Assembly: GCA_965223155.1 (NCBI GenBank)
Contig: CBDCVR010000013.1
Location: 352,001 to 416,000 of the forward strand
Length of the DNA stretch: 64,000 nt
Direction of reading: 5' to 3'
Origin: Candidatus Multivoradales bacterium
Lineage (GTDB): Bacteria > Acidobacteriota > Thermoanaerobaculia > Multivoradales > JAHEKO01
Made by a program: the position numbers and the translations under genes. The notes under the pieces were generated by a model, which saw only the letters and a program-made list of their open reading frames with translations, ran no database searches and was not told the DNA's origin. This document shows positions 20,391-32,151 of the stretch, one piece after another (the stretch's first letter is position 1; each line of letters starts with the position of its first letter).

Positions 20391-22820
20391 ATGATCGGTT
20401 CGACCGTCTCTCATTACAAGATCCTCGCCAAGCTCGGAGGCGGCGGCATGGGGGTGGTCTACGAGGCCGAAGACCAGGTGCTCGGCCGCAAGGTGGCGCT
20501 CAAGTTTCTGCCCGACGAGCTGGCCGAGGACACGGACGCTCTGGCGCGGTTCGAGCGCGAGGCGCGAGCGGCCTCGGCGCTCAACCATCCCCACATCTGC
20601 GTCATCCATGCCATGGGAGAGGAGGACGGCCGGTCTTTTATCGTCATGGAGCTGATGGAGGGGCAGACCCTCAAATACCTGTCCGCGGGTGAGCCCATGG
20701 AGATCGGCCGGCTGGTACGGATCGGCGCCCAGGTGGCGGATGCCCTCGAAGCCGCCCACGGCGCGGGGGTCATCCACCGGGACATCAAGCCGGCCAACCT
20801 TTTTGTCACTTCCCGCGGTGACGCCAAGATGCTGGATTTCGGCCTCGCCAAGGTCAGCGAAGAGCGGGCGCGCCGCGAGTCGCGGGAGGCCGAGACCGAC
20901 CTCGAGACCATGCTGGCACCGGATGACTTGACCGCCCCCGGAACGTCGATGGGCACGATCGGCTACATGTCGCCCGAGCAGGTGCGGGGCGAGGAGATCG
21001 ATCACCGAACCGATCTCTTCTCGCTGGGTGTGGTGCTCTACGAGCTCGGCACCGGCAAGCCGCCGTTTGCCGGCACGACCTCCGGGGTGGTCTTCGATCA
21101 GATCCTCAACAAGGCCCCGATCCCGGCCGGGCGCATCAACCCCGAGCTGCCCGACGAGCTCGGGCACATCCTCGACAAGGCTCTGGAGAAGGACAAGTCA
21201 CTCCGCTACCAGAGCGCCTCCGAGCTCAAGGCGGACCTGCTGCGCCTCGAACGGGACTCGACCGTGGCGATCACGGCGCCGGTCACCGTGGCGGCCGAGC
21301 CGTCGCGCGCGCCCTCGCGCAAGGGCCTCTGGATAGCTCTCGGCGCGGCAGCGTTGGCCGCGGTCCTGGCGGGGGGGCTGTTTTTGGGTAGGAAGACCGA
21401 CCCGGCCGGCGGAACCAGAGATCAGCCGGCAGTTGCCGCACCCTCGCCGGCTTATAGCGATTCCGCGTCTATCGCGGTGTTGCCCTTTGTCGACATGAGC
21501 CCGGCCAAGGACCAGGAGTACTTTGCCGACGGCCTCACCGAGGAGTTGTTGAACGTCCTGGTTCAGATTCGCGACCTCAAGGTAGCCGGACGGACGTCGT
21601 CGTTTCACTACAAGGGGCGCACCGAGGATCTGCGGGTGATCGGTGAGACGCTGGGCGTGGCGTCGATCCTCGAGGGGAGCGTGCGCAAGGCCGGCGACCG
21701 GATTCGCATCACCGCCCAGCTCATCAATGCGGCTGATGGTTTCCACCTCTGGTCCGAGAGCTACGATCGGACGCTCGACGACATCTTTGCGGTCCAGGAC
21801 GACATCGCCGCCTCGGTGGCGGAGGCGCTCGAGGTCGAGCTGTTCGGCGGTGGGACGAGCGAGTCCGAAAAGAGCACCCCGAGCGCCGAGGTCCACAACC
21901 TCGTTCTGCAGAGCGTGCACTTCGCAAGGCGCTTTACCGAGCCCAGCCTGGCCAAGGCGGCCGAGTACTTGGAAGAAGCACTGGCGCTCGACTCCGAACA
22001 CGCCCCGGCTTGGGCCGCTCTGGCGAGCGTTCGGCATCTCCAGGCCGGCCAGGCATACATCCCCATGGGCGAAGGCGTCCGGCTGGCGCGGCAAGCGGCC
22101 ACCCGCGCGGTCGAGCTGGACCCGGACCTGGCCGAGGGCTGGCTCGCTCTGGGCGAGCTCAAGACGAGTTTTGACTGGGATTGGGCCGGCGCCGAGTCGG
22201 CGTTTGACCGAGCCCGCTCGCTGGCCCCCGGCAACGCGGATGTTCTCACCGGAGCCGCCAGTCTTCTCGCGAAGCTGGGCCGTCTCGAGGAAGCGATCGA
22301 GATCGGCCGGCGAGCGGTCGAGCTCGACCCGCTCAACGGCGGACCCCGCTTCCGGCTGGCGGCGATCTTGAGCGGCGCGCGGCGCTGGGAGGGAGCGGAA
22401 ACCCAGTACCGAAAGCTCCTGGAGCTGAACCCGGACGTCCCGGTTGTTCACACCAGCCTGGCCGCCATCGAGCTGGGGCGGTCGCGTCCCGAGGCGGCGC
22501 TCGAGGAAGTCGAGCAGGAGACCTCGCCGGTATGGCGAACGATCGGGTTGGCGTTTGTCTACCATGACTTGGGGCGCTCGGAAGAGGCCGATACGGCGTT
22601 GGAGCAAATCAAGGAAGAGCACGGAGATAACGCGGCGTTTCAGATCGCGGCGGTCCACGCATACCGCAACGAGCCCGACGCGGCCTTCGAGTGGCTCGAG
22701 CGCGGGTACGTGCACCGCGACCCCGGGGTGGCGTCGGTCAAAACGGCTCCGGCTCTCGCGAGCCTCCACGACGATCCCCGCTGGGCGGCTTTTCTCCGCA
22801 AGATGGGTCTGCCGGAGTAA
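20391..22820 (+). CDS. Hanks-type Ser/Thr protein kinase with TM, TolB-like (SIAVLPF) and TPR domains
   Basis: [34 protein letters not shown]; hydrophobic segment; [11 protein letters not shown]; TPR repeats. Confidence 0.96.
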   Translation: MIGSTVSHYKILAKLGGGGMGVVYEAEDQVLGRKVALKFLPDELAEDTDALARFEREARAASALNHPHICVIHAMGEEDGRSFIVMELMEGQTLKYLSAGEPMEIGRLVRIGAQVADALEAAHGAGVIHRDIKPANLFVTSRGDAKMLDFGLAKVSEERARRESREAETDLETMLAPDDLTAPGTSMGTIGYMSPEQVRGEEIDHRTDLFSLGVVLYELGTGKPPFAGTTSGVVFDQILNKAPIPAGRINPELPDELGHILDKALEKDKSLRYQSASELKADLLRLERDSTVAITAPVTVAAEPSRAPSRKGLWIALGAAALAAVLAGGLFLGRKTDPAGGTRDQPAVAAPSPAYSDSASIAVLPFVDMSPAKDQEYFADGLTEELLNVLVQIRDLKVAGRTSSFHYKGRTEDLRVIGETLGVASILEGSVRKAGDRIRITAQLINAADGFHLWSESYDRTLDDIFAVQDDIAASVAEALEVELFGGGTSESEKSTPSAEVHNLVLQSVHFARRFTEPSLAKAAEYLEEALALDSEHAPAWAALASVRHLQAGQAYIPMGEGVRLARQAATRAVELDPDLAEGWLALGELKTSFDWDWAGAESAFDRARSLAPGNADVLTGAASLLAKLGRLEEAIEIGRRAVELDPLNGGPRFRLAAILSGARRWEGAETQYRKLLELNPDVPVVHTSLAAIELGRSRPEAALEEVEQETSPVWRTIGLAFVYHDLGRSEEADTALEQIKEEHGDNAAFQIAAVHAYRNEPDAAFEWLERGYVHRDPGVASVKTAPALASLHDDPRWAAFLRKMGLPE

Positions 22821-23150
22821 GAGCCAGTCCGGGCCGCTCTGTCCGCTACTCGCCGGCTTCGCCCAGTTCGGAGCGGAGCTCCTGGAACGTGGCGACGCCT
22901 ACTTGATCTTCTCCGGCGAGACCGAAGTGGAATAGCGGTGGCGGCCAGCTTTCGGAGGCCTCGGACGGCGGGTATGTCCTGCTCGACCCGGAGAGTGGTG
23001 ACGAAGTGTCATTGCGAGGCCAGGAGGCGGCTCTCGCCGAGTACTTGGGATCCGCGGTCGCCGTGACCGGCTGCCGGGTCGAAGACGACGAGGCCGGTCC
23101 GTACTTCGCGGTCTCGGCGGCCGAGGCTCAAGAGGCCTGCCAGAAAGGCC

Positions 23151-24611
23151 CTAGCCGGGCGGCCGGATCGAGCCCAGCAGGAACTTCAAGTCGTCATCGT
23201 TCCAGCGCAGGCCCGCGCCCAGGAACACGGACTCCCGATCCTCCTCCAAGAGATCGTCCACGCCGCCGACGATGTAGGCGTTGGGATGGACGTTCCAGCG
23301 GGTGGTCAGGCGCAGGCGTGGCTCCAGGTCGTCCTCCCGGCTGAACTGGAAGGCCTCGACCGAGAACAGCACGCGCTCGTCGAAGAGCTTGTAGTCGAAG
23401 GCGGCGCCGCCGCTCGACTCGAACAGGCCGGCGCGGAACTGGCTCTTGCCCAGCTCGAAGCCGACCTGGGCCGAGATCACCTCATCGTCGTCGCTGGTCA
23501 CGGTCTTGCGGGTCGTGGTCTCGCTCATCCCGGCGGCGTCGGTCACCGTGATCTCTTCCGTCCGGGTCGAGACGTCGCCGCGCGGATCGTCCACCAGACC
23601 CAAGCGATAGAAACGATTCGTGCTGGCTGAGTCCAGCCGGATCGCGAACTCGGTGCGGGAGTCCTCGGGCTCTTCGAGATAGTAGGCGTTGAGGTCGAGC
23701 TCGAGGCCGATACGGTTGACCCGGTCCAGGGTCTCCGAGAGTTGGCTCACTCCGGATTCGACGCTGTCGAGCGTTGCCACGAGCTGCTGGTGGGCCTCTT
23801 CGCTGTTCAGAAGCTTGCCGATCGTGCCCTCGCCCCGGGCGATCTTGTCGCTTACGCCCTCGAAGTCCTCGAGCGTGCTGCGCAGGCTTTCGCTGGCGGC
23901 GGCGAGTTGGCTCATGGCGCCCCGGGCGTCGCCGCGATTCTCTGCCAGCATGGTCTCGATCGTGGTCAGGACGTCGGCGGTCTGCTGGGAGATGCGCGGC
24001 AGCTCTTCGGCAAGCGCCAGGCTGAAGCGCTCGAAATTGGCCACCGTCCCGGCGATCTGGGCTTGATTGGCGAGCACCATTGCACGGATGGTCTCGGTGG
24101 TGGACTCGAGCGAGCGCACCAAATTCTTGACCGTGGCGCCTGTGGTCTCCGGATCCATGGCCTCGAGGGCCTCCCCCACCGCCAGGCTGATGTCGTTCAA
24201 ACGGGCCATGGCGTCGTCCCAACCCACGGGTGTCGAACCGGGCAGCACGATCGGCGGAGACAGCGGCATGGCGTCCACCGGACCGGGATCCAGCTCAACG
24301 TACTTGTCTCCGAGAAGTCCCATGTTGGCGATGGTCGCGGTCGCGCCCTGGCGCAGATCCACGGGACGCTCCAGGAGCAGCGATGCGTACGCTCGGTCGG
24401 CCTCGAGCCGAATGCCATCGACCCTGCCCACGCGCACGCCGGCGACCCGGACCGCGGCCTTGTCGTCGAGCCCGGCGACCGAATCGAAAGCCGCCTCGAT
24501 CCGGGTCTCGCCCTTGCGCAAGAGGTTCAGGTCTTCGATTCGAAGGATGAAATAGCCCAGGAGCACGAGCGCTACCGTGGCGAAGATTCCGACCTTGGCG
24601 GTGTTGGACAT
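23151..24611 (-). CDS. mlaD: MlaD/MCE-family protein with long helical region and C-terminal beta-rich domain
   Basis: TM, FDSVAGL...VRVAGVRVGRV, GLLGDKYVEL, GEGTIGKLL. Confidence 0.88.
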   Translation of the reverse strand: MSNTAKVGIFATVALVLLGYFILRIEDLNLLRKGETRIEAAFDSVAGLDDKAAVRVAGVRVGRVDGIRLEADRAYASLLLERPVDLRQGATATIANMGLLGDKYVELDPGPVDAMPLSPPIVLPGSTPVGWDDAMARLNDISLAVGEALEAMDPETTGATVKNLVRSLESTTETIRAMVLANQAQIAGTVANFERFSLALAEELPRISQQTADVLTTIETMLAENRGDARGAMSQLAAASESLRSTLEDFEGVSDKIARGEGTIGKLLNSEEAHQQLVATLDSVESGVSQLSETLDRVNRIGLELDLNAYYLEEPEDSRTEFAIRLDSASTNRFYRLGLVDDPRGDVSTRTEEITVTDAAGMSETTTRKTVTSDDDEVISAQVGFELGKSQFRAGLFESSGGAAFDYKLFDERVLFSVEAFQFSREDDLEPRLRLTTRWNVHPNAYIVGGVDDLLEEDRESVFLGAGLRWNDDDLKFLLGSIRPPG

Positions 24612-24680
24612 GATGTTGGCTGTTCCTCCTGCTTGGGCTGCTGGGCCTGCAAGGCCCTGAATCGCCTGCCCGTTTCGATC

Positions 24681-25496
24681 CTACTGCGCCTCCGGCTCGA
24701 ACCCCTGATCGGAACCGGCGGCCAGCTCGGCTCCGACTTCCCGTCCACCAGCCGCGACCTGGCTCCGCCCCAGGAACGCCTGCACCCGGGGATCGTCGAG
24801 CCGGGCCAGCTCCTGAGGCGGCGCCCAGGCGATGACCTTGCCGCCATAGAGCATCCCCACCCGGTCGGCGATCTGGAAGACGCTCTCCATGTCGTGAGTG
24901 ATCGTGATCGTGGTCGAGCCCAGGGTCTCCTTGAGCTTGACGATAAGCTCGTCGATGACGTCCTTGGTCACCGGATCCAGTCCGGTCGTGGGCTCGTCGA
25001 AGAGGAGCACCGCGGGCCGGTGGGCAATGGCGCGCGCAAAGCCGACGCGACGGCGCATTCCGCCCGAGAGCTGTCCCGGAGTCTTGTGCTCGACCCCTTC
25101 GAGCCGCACCAGGGAGAGGCACTCTGCCACCCGCGCCCGACGCTCTTCGAGCGTGCCGATCTGCTGTCGCCGAAGCGGGAACTCGACGTTTTCGTAGACC
25201 GTCATCGAGTCGAACAGGGCCCCTTCTTGAAAGGCCATGCCGAAGCGCGAGCGGAAGCGGGTGAGCTCCTTGTTGTTGAGGCTGGCGAGATCCACCCGGT
25301 CCACCTCCACGGTCCCCTGGTCGGGCCGCAAGAGGCCGATCATGTGTTTCAGCAACACGCTCTTGCCGGTGCCGGAGCCGCCGATGATCACGGTCGCACG
25401 GCCGCGCGGGATGTCTAGATCCACCCCGTCCAGGACGACCTTGTCGCCGAAGGCCTTGTGGACGTCTCGCAGCCGGATGATGACGTCGTGGGGCAT
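24681..25496 (-). CDS. mlaF: MlaF/Mkl ABC ATP-binding protein
   Basis: GGSGTGKS, FQEGALFDSMTV, LSGGMRRRV, DEPTTGLDP; TGATG coupling to mlaE. Confidence 0.9.
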   Translation of the reverse strand: MPHDVIIRLRDVHKAFGDKVVLDGVDLDIPRGRATVIIGGSGTGKSVLLKHMIGLLRPDQGTVEVDRVDLASLNNKELTRFRSRFGMAFQEGALFDSMTVYENVEFPLRRQQIGTLEERRARVAECLSLVRLEGVEHKTPGQLSGGMRRRVGFARAIAHRPAVLLFDEPTTGLDPVTKDVIDELIVKLKETLGSTTITITHDMESVFQIADRVGMLYGGKVIAWAPPQELARLDDPRVQAFLGRSQVAAGGREVGAELAAGSDQGFEPEAQ

Positions 25497-26236
25497 CAGA
25501 ACAAGAGCTTCGTCAAGAAGAAATCCGAGACCAGGATCGCGACGCTGGCAATCACGACCGAGCGGGTCGTGGAGCGGCCCACCCCCTCTGCTCCGCCCCG
25601 GGTGAAGAATCCCTGCTGGCATCCGATGAGCGCGATCAGCATGCCGAAGACCGCGGCCTTGATCAGGCCCGAGGTCAGATCGGACATCTCCATGAACCGA
25701 AACGTGTTGTCCATGTGGGCGACCGGGTTGGCGCCCATCAACACCACCGCCACCAGATAGCCGCCGTAGATGCCCAGGCCATCGGCGACCAGGACCAGGA
25801 GCGGCAGCATGATGGTCGTCGCCCACACCCTCGGCACCATCAGGTAGTGCACGGGGTCCGTCGCCATGACTTCGAGCGCGTCGATCTGCTCCGTGACGCG
25901 CATCGTGCCGAGCTCGGCGCCCATCGCAGAGCCGGCGCGGCCCGCGATCACCAGCCCTCCCAGCACGCAGGACAGCTCGCGCACCATCGATAGCGAGACC
26001 AGCGAGCCGACGTAGCGCTCGGCGCCGAACCGGGCCAGGACGCTGAAGGTCTGCAGGGCCATGACCATGCCCGTGAACATGGCGGTCAGAGCCACTACCG
26101 GGAGCGAGTCCACACCCACCCGGACCATTTGCTGGAACAGCGCCCGAACGTCGTAGGGCGGGCGTGGCGTCCAGGCCACTACCCGCCAGGTGATGCGCGC
26201 GAAGCGCCCGACTTCTCGAAAGAAGGACTCGATCAT
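25496..26236 (-). CDS. mlaE: MlaE ABC permease
   Basis: GRAGSAMGAELGTMRVTEQIDALEVM, GGAEGVG. Confidence 0.93.
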   Translation of the reverse strand: MIESFFREVGRFARITWRVVAWTPRPPYDVRALFQQMVRVGVDSLPVVALTAMFTGMVMALQTFSVLARFGAERYVGSLVSLSMVRELSCVLGGLVIAGRAGSAMGAELGTMRVTEQIDALEVMATDPVHYLMVPRVWATTIMLPLLVLVADGLGIYGGYLVAVVLMGANPVAHMDNTFRFMEMSDLTSGLIKAAVFGMLIALIGCQQGFFTRGGAEGVGRSTTRSVVIASVAILVSDFFLTKLLF

Positions 26237-26267
26237 CCGGCAGAGCTCGCCGAGCCGGCGGGCCGGC

Positions 26268-27698
26268 TCAGAACGGTGGCGGCGCCTCCGGCTCGCGGTG
26301 CCGGGCGAGAGTGCGGAAGCGCGTATTCTCGCCGAAGAAGACCAACTTGATGGTGCCGGTCTCGCCGTTTCGGTGCTTCGAGATGATGAGCTCGGCGATG
26401 CCCGGATCCTCGGTCTCTGGGTCGTAGACCTCGTCGCGGTAGATGAAGGCGACCAGATCCGCGTCTTGCTCGATCGAGCCAGACTCGCGCAGATCGGCGA
26501 GCTGAGGCCGGTGGTCGCTGCCCCGCCGCTCGGGCTGGCGAGAGAGCTGAGACAGCGCGATCACCGGGATGTCGAGCTCCTTGGCGAGCTGCTTCAAACC
26601 GCGGGTGATGGCCGCGATCTCCAGGTTCCGGTTCTCGTACCGGCCGCCGGCCTGCATCAGTTGGAGGTAGTCCAGAACGACGAGCTCGAGCCGATTCTCG
26701 GCGCGCAGGCGCCGGGCTTTGGAAGCCAGCTCCAGGAGCGTCGGGTTGGCCGAATCGTCGATGTAAAGCGGCGCGCCCGAGATGCTCCGTACCGTCTCGA
26801 CCACCTTGTTCCATTGGCGCTGAGACAGGTGGCCGGTGCGGAGCGAACCAAAGGGCACGTCCGACTCGGCCGAGATGATCCGCAGTGCCAGCTCGTGCTG
26901 GCTCATCTCGAGCGAGAAAACGCCGACGGTCTTCTTTTCGCGGATGGCCGCATGCTGGGCGATGTTGAGGGCGAGGCTGGTCTTGCCCATGCCCGGCCGG
27001 CCGGCCAGGATGATGAGATTGCCGGGGTTCAAGCCTCGGGTCTTCTCGTCGAAGTCGGTAAAGCCCGTCGGCACTCCGATGATGCCCGAGCTGGGGCGCT
27101 CCTCGAGGTCGGAGAGGGTCTCATTGAAGATCCGGGAGATCGGCACGAAGCCCTTCTGGATGGCCTCTTCGCCCAGGCCCAGGATGGCCTGCTCGGCCTG
27201 GCCCAGAGCTTCCTGGGCCATCAGACCGCCGTCGAAGCAATTGCGGGTGATCTCGCCGCAGGCATCGATCAGGCGGCGACGGACCGAGCGCTCCTTGACG
27301 ATCTCGATGTAGCTCTCCAGCCGGCCGATGTCCGGGAGATCCAGATCCAGGCTCACCAGATAGGCGACGCCGCCGACCTTGTCCAGAGTGCCGTGCTGCT
27401 CGAGCTGGGCCTGGACCGTGCGCAGATCGAGCTCCTGCTCACCATCCTGGAGCGCCAGCATGGCCTCATAGATCAACCGGTTCCGCTCGGAATAGAAATC
27501 CTCGGGCTCGAGACGACCCGAAAGCGAAGGAAAAACAGCCGGATCCACCAGCACGCCGGCCAGGACCGCGCGCTCGGACTCCTCGCTGTGCGGCAGCCTG
27601 GTCGAACTCCGGCCGTCGCCTCCGCCGCCTCCGCGACCTCTCCTGGCGCCGCGGCCATCCCGATCCGGGGACGAGGGCGATGCCAGTGTTTCGATCAT
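26268..27698 (-). CDS. dnaB: Replicative DNA helicase
   Basis: PHSEESERAVL, GRPGMGKT, FSLEMS, DYLQL, LSQLSR, DLRESGSIEQDAD, KHRNG. Confidence 0.98.
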   Translation of the reverse strand: MIETLASPSSPDRDGRGARRGRGGGGGDGRSSTRLPHSEESERAVLAGVLVDPAVFPSLSGRLEPEDFYSERNRLIYEAMLALQDGEQELDLRTVQAQLEQHGTLDKVGGVAYLVSLDLDLPDIGRLESYIEIVKERSVRRRLIDACGEITRNCFDGGLMAQEALGQAEQAILGLGEEAIQKGFVPISRIFNETLSDLEERPSSGIIGVPTGFTDFDEKTRGLNPGNLIILAGRPGMGKTSLALNIAQHAAIREKKTVGVFSLEMSQHELALRIISAESDVPFGSLRTGHLSQRQWNKVVETVRSISGAPLYIDDSANPTLLELASKARRLRAENRLELVVLDYLQLMQAGGRYENRNLEIAAITRGLKQLAKELDIPVIALSQLSRQPERRGSDHRPQLADLRESGSIEQDADLVAFIYRDEVYDPETEDPGIAELIISKHRNGETGTIKLVFFGENTRFRTLARHREPEAPPPF

Positions 27699-27831
27699 GC
27701 CAACGGGATGTTCAAGGGGTGGTGATTGTGACGCACAAGCCCGATCAAGGCAAACGGTCCGGACCCGTCACAGGCGGGCCCGGACCGAATGGAAAACGCG
27801 AGTTGCAAGAAACCGAGATGGCCCGGGGGAC

Positions 27832-29664
27832 CTACTTCTTCTTGAGCTTGGTCACCACTTTGCCCTTGCCGCCGGTCTCCCGCTTGAAGTACGAGACCCA
27901 CAGCTTGCGGATCTTGTTGAGCTTGGCGATCGACGCCTGAGACACCTTCTCGCCGTCCAGGCTGACCAGGACGAAGGCCATCTTGAAGGTCTTGGGAGCG
28001 TCCTTGGCGGCCGGCACGCGCTCGCCTTCGGCGGCGATAATGTCGTCCACCGTGAAGTCGACCCTCTCGCCCACGAAGCTGGCACCGATCTGAGGAGCGG
28101 TCTCGGGCCGGAAGTTCGAGCCATTGCGCACGAAGAACATCGGTCCCACCTGGGACGACGGGATCAGGCCCATGATGTAGCGATCGAGAGCGCTGAAGGT
28201 GTTGGTGGCGTCGATCGTCTCGAAGTTGCCGCCACCGTTGTCCTGGATGTCGTTCCCCTCCATGTCCGATGCGTCGGAGTCCATGAAGAAGCTCCAGTGT
28301 GCGAGCTGTCGCCCCAGGATCTCATCGGTCACCTGGCCGTTGATGCGGGCGCGGACGAAGGCGAGCCAGCGGTGTCCCGCCTCCTGGCCCAAGACGTCCA
28401 GGGTACTGTTGGTGCCCAGAAAGACCTGGTTGGGGTTGTCGGGATACTGAGTGATCGGGCCCATCTGGACGAAACTTTCCAAGCGCCCGTCACTGCCTAC
28501 CAGATCCGTGAAATCCGCGATCGGCAGCCCGATGCCCCGCACCTGGTTCCTGACGTTAATCTCGTAGGCAAAGGCGCCGCCCAAGCTGGCGGCGAAGTCG
28601 AGCCAGACGATGACGTGATCGTAGTCGTCCACGAAGTGGTCGAGAAAGACCTTGGTGATGCCGAAATCGTCGGCCTGAGGTAACAGGCTAAAGACTTCGG
28701 CGATGGCGCCGGAAGTCGGGGCCACTGGGAAGTCGCTGCTCACGTCGACCAACTGCACGGCCGAACCACCGCCTGGCGACACGCCCACGGTCGCCGCAGG
28801 CTGTCCCTGGTCCTTGGGCGCTACGACGTCACCGAACGCGATCAAGACCTTGCCCGATCGGAAGACCGTGATCTGAAACGTGTTGACCTGTCCGGGCAGG
28901 CTGCCGAACTCGGGAACCTCGTTCCAGGTGATCTGGACGTTGTTGGAGCGTTGCTTGTAGAAAATACCTGCATCACCGCTGGTGACACTGGGATCCAGGT
29001 CTGCCAGAAGCCCGGCGATGCGGGGTGGACCGTTCAGCAACCGACTCAAGTCGCGCGCGGCCGTCTGGCCATCGGCGCGGCTGAAGGTCAGGTTGCCGTC
29101 CGAGTTGATGTGGAGGGTCTTGTACTTCTTGCCGTAGAACTTGACCGCGAAGGGCATCTGCCGGGAAACGCTGTCGTCGTCCCCGATGCTCAGGCGCTCG
29201 CCGAAGTCTTGGTTCATCTTTGCGCCGCTCTTCTTGGCGCGGACCTTCCTTTTCTTCTTCAGAAACTCGATCGACTTGTTCGAGAGGTCGAACGGATTCG
29301 TGTCACTGGTGACGGTGCCGTCGTCCTCGATGACCGCGACGTCACCCACCTTGCGAACGGTGGGGCCGTTCGACATCGGCTGCGCGGCGAAAGCCAAGCC
29401 GTCGGATGCGTTCCGAACGGCACCCAGCCGCCGCCGCTGAAAGTGCTCGTGCCGAGCTTGAGCTTTCTCGACGCCGAGGAAGTACCCCTCGGTGCCGCAC
29501 CATGGGTGGGCGCCGTTCAGATCGGTGGAGCCAGCGCTGCCGATGCCGAAGTCTCGCGGGACCGGCTTGGCCTCGGCGGGAACTGGCGCCAGGCTCAGGA
29601 CCGCGGCGAGGGCCAGAGCGAAAACGATGAAAAGGACCGGTCTCCCGGTGTTCCGTTGCGTCAT
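27832..29664 (-). CDS. Secreted protein with nidogen-like region and zincin-like QExxH motif
   Basis: GGAGG RBS, signal peptide (PAEA), INSDGNLTF...PRIA..LADLDP, GQEAGHRWL, HWSFF, FS.LDRY.MGL. Confidence 0.7.
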   Translation of the reverse strand: MTQRNTGRPVLFIVFALALAAVLSLAPVPAEAKPVPRDFGIGSAGSTDLNGAHPWCGTEGYFLGVEKAQARHEHFQRRRLGAVRNASDGLAFAAQPMSNGPTVRKVGDVAVIEDDGTVTSDTNPFDLSNKSIEFLKKKRKVRAKKSGAKMNQDFGERLSIGDDDSVSRQMPFAVKFYGKKYKTLHINSDGNLTFSRADGQTAARDLSRLLNGPPRIAGLLADLDPSVTSGDAGIFYKQRSNNVQITWNEVPEFGSLPGQVNTFQITVFRSGKVLIAFGDVVAPKDQGQPAATVGVSPGGGSAVQLVDVSSDFPVAPTSGAIAEVFSLLPQADDFGITKVFLDHFVDDYDHVIVWLDFAASLGGAFAYEINVRNQVRGIGLPIADFTDLVGSDGRLESFVQMGPITQYPDNPNQVFLGTNSTLDVLGQEAGHRWLAFVRARINGQVTDEILGRQLAHWSFFMDSDASDMEGNDIQDNGGGNFETIDATNTFSALDRYIMGLIPSSQVGPMFFVRNGSNFRPETAPQIGASFVGERVDFTVDDIIAAEGERVPAAKDAPKTFKMAFVLVSLDGEKVSQASIAKLNKIRKLWVSYFKRETGGKGKVVTKLKKK

Positions 29665-29748
29665 GTCCATCCTCCGGAAACAGTATCGGGACAAAAAACT
29701 CAAAGCGCCGGAGGGGCTCCAGCCGGCGCGGGTCTCCACCCGGCTACG

Positions 29749-30765
29749 CTACCACGGGCTGACAGGCCCGAAGAGCTGTACCGCGTCGCGCATCATGGCC
29801 GCCGCGGTCGGGACGGGTTCTCGCTCCCAGAGCTTGAGGGAGAGGACTCCGTAGATGTCCGTCTCGAGCTCGACCCCCATCTCCCAGCCGGCGCACGCGC
29901 CCAGAAAGTCCGTAAGCGGCAGGACCTGCGGCTCTACCCGGTAGCGTCCGTCCGCGGCTTCGGCCATGAGCCGCACCGCTCGACCGTTCGCCGCTTCCCG
30001 CGCGGGCAGCTCGGGATCGAGGTCTTCGAGGCCGGTCACCTCGACCTGGTCGAGGCCGATGCCGGCGTCGAGGAGGCTGTTGGCCACGATCGTCAGTTTG
30101 GCGGCCGTGTCCCAGCCGCCCAGGTCCAAGGAGGGATCGGCTTCGGCGATTCCCCGGCGCCGCGCTTCGCCGACCGCCCGCTCCAAGGACGCGCCCCGGC
30201 TCAAGCTCTCGAGCACGAAGTTGCTGGTGCTGTTGAAGATGCCCCGGAGGGACCGGATCTCTCCGGCGATCAGGTCCCGCCGGCCGACGGCAAGGACCGG
30301 CAAGCCGCCACAGACCGTGGCGCTGTAGGCAAGGCCGGCCTGATTCTGATGGGCAAGCTCTTCGAGCTCGGCGAAGGCCACAACCAGCGGCCCCTTGTTG
30401 GCCAGAACCACCGAGACTCCTCGCTCGAAGGCCGCGCGGGCGATCTCAAGTCCGACCCCACCTGTTTCGAGATTCAGAGGTGAGGCCTCGAAGACCAAGT
30501 CGCAGCCGAGATCAGGCAGCACTGCGGCCAGGCCGGTTTCCGCGCGGCCGTCCTCGAGGTCCCGGACCGCTCCGCCCGCCGATTTGGCCGCAAGCAGGCT
30601 CTCGAGATCGAAGCCCCCTTCCCGGGTCGCGCTACCGCTGCTGTCCGCCACGGCGAGGATCTCGAAGCGCAGACCGTAGTCGCGTGCCAAGCGCTCGCCC
30701 TTGTCGATCCATAGCCTCAGCAGGCTCCGGTGGACGGTGCCGAGTCCGTTGAGCGCCGCCCGCAG
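29749..30765 (-). CDS. hom: Homoserine dehydrogenase (no ACT domain); start codon uncertain (CTG or frameshifted ATG)
   Basis: LRAALNGLGTV Rossmann motif, VVLANKGP, ATVCGGLP, GIFNSTSNFVL, GIAEADPSLD..GWDTAAK. Confidence 0.85.
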   Translation of the reverse strand: MRAALNGLGTVHRSLLRLWIDKGERLARDYGLRFEILAVADSSGSATREGGFDLESLLAAKSAGGAVRDLEDGRAETGLAAVLPDLGCDLVFEASPLNLETGGVGLEIARAAFERGVSVVLANKGPLVVAFAELEELAHQNQAGLAYSATVCGGLPVLAVGRRDLIAGEIRSLRGIFNSTSNFVLESLSRGASLERAVGEARRRGIAEADPSLDLGGWDTAAKLTIVANSLLDAGIGLDQVEVTGLEDLDPELPAREAANGRAVRLMAEAADGRYRVEPQVLPLTDFLGACAGWEMGVELETDIYGVLSLKLWEREPVPTAAAMMRDAVQLFGPVSPW

Positions 30766-30790
30766 GGTGCGCGGCCGCGGGTTCGTACCG

Positions 30791-32113
<1,323 letters not shown>

Positions 32114-32151
32114 GGGCAGCTAGGCTAGCCCAGGCGGGACGCCCGGGGCAA

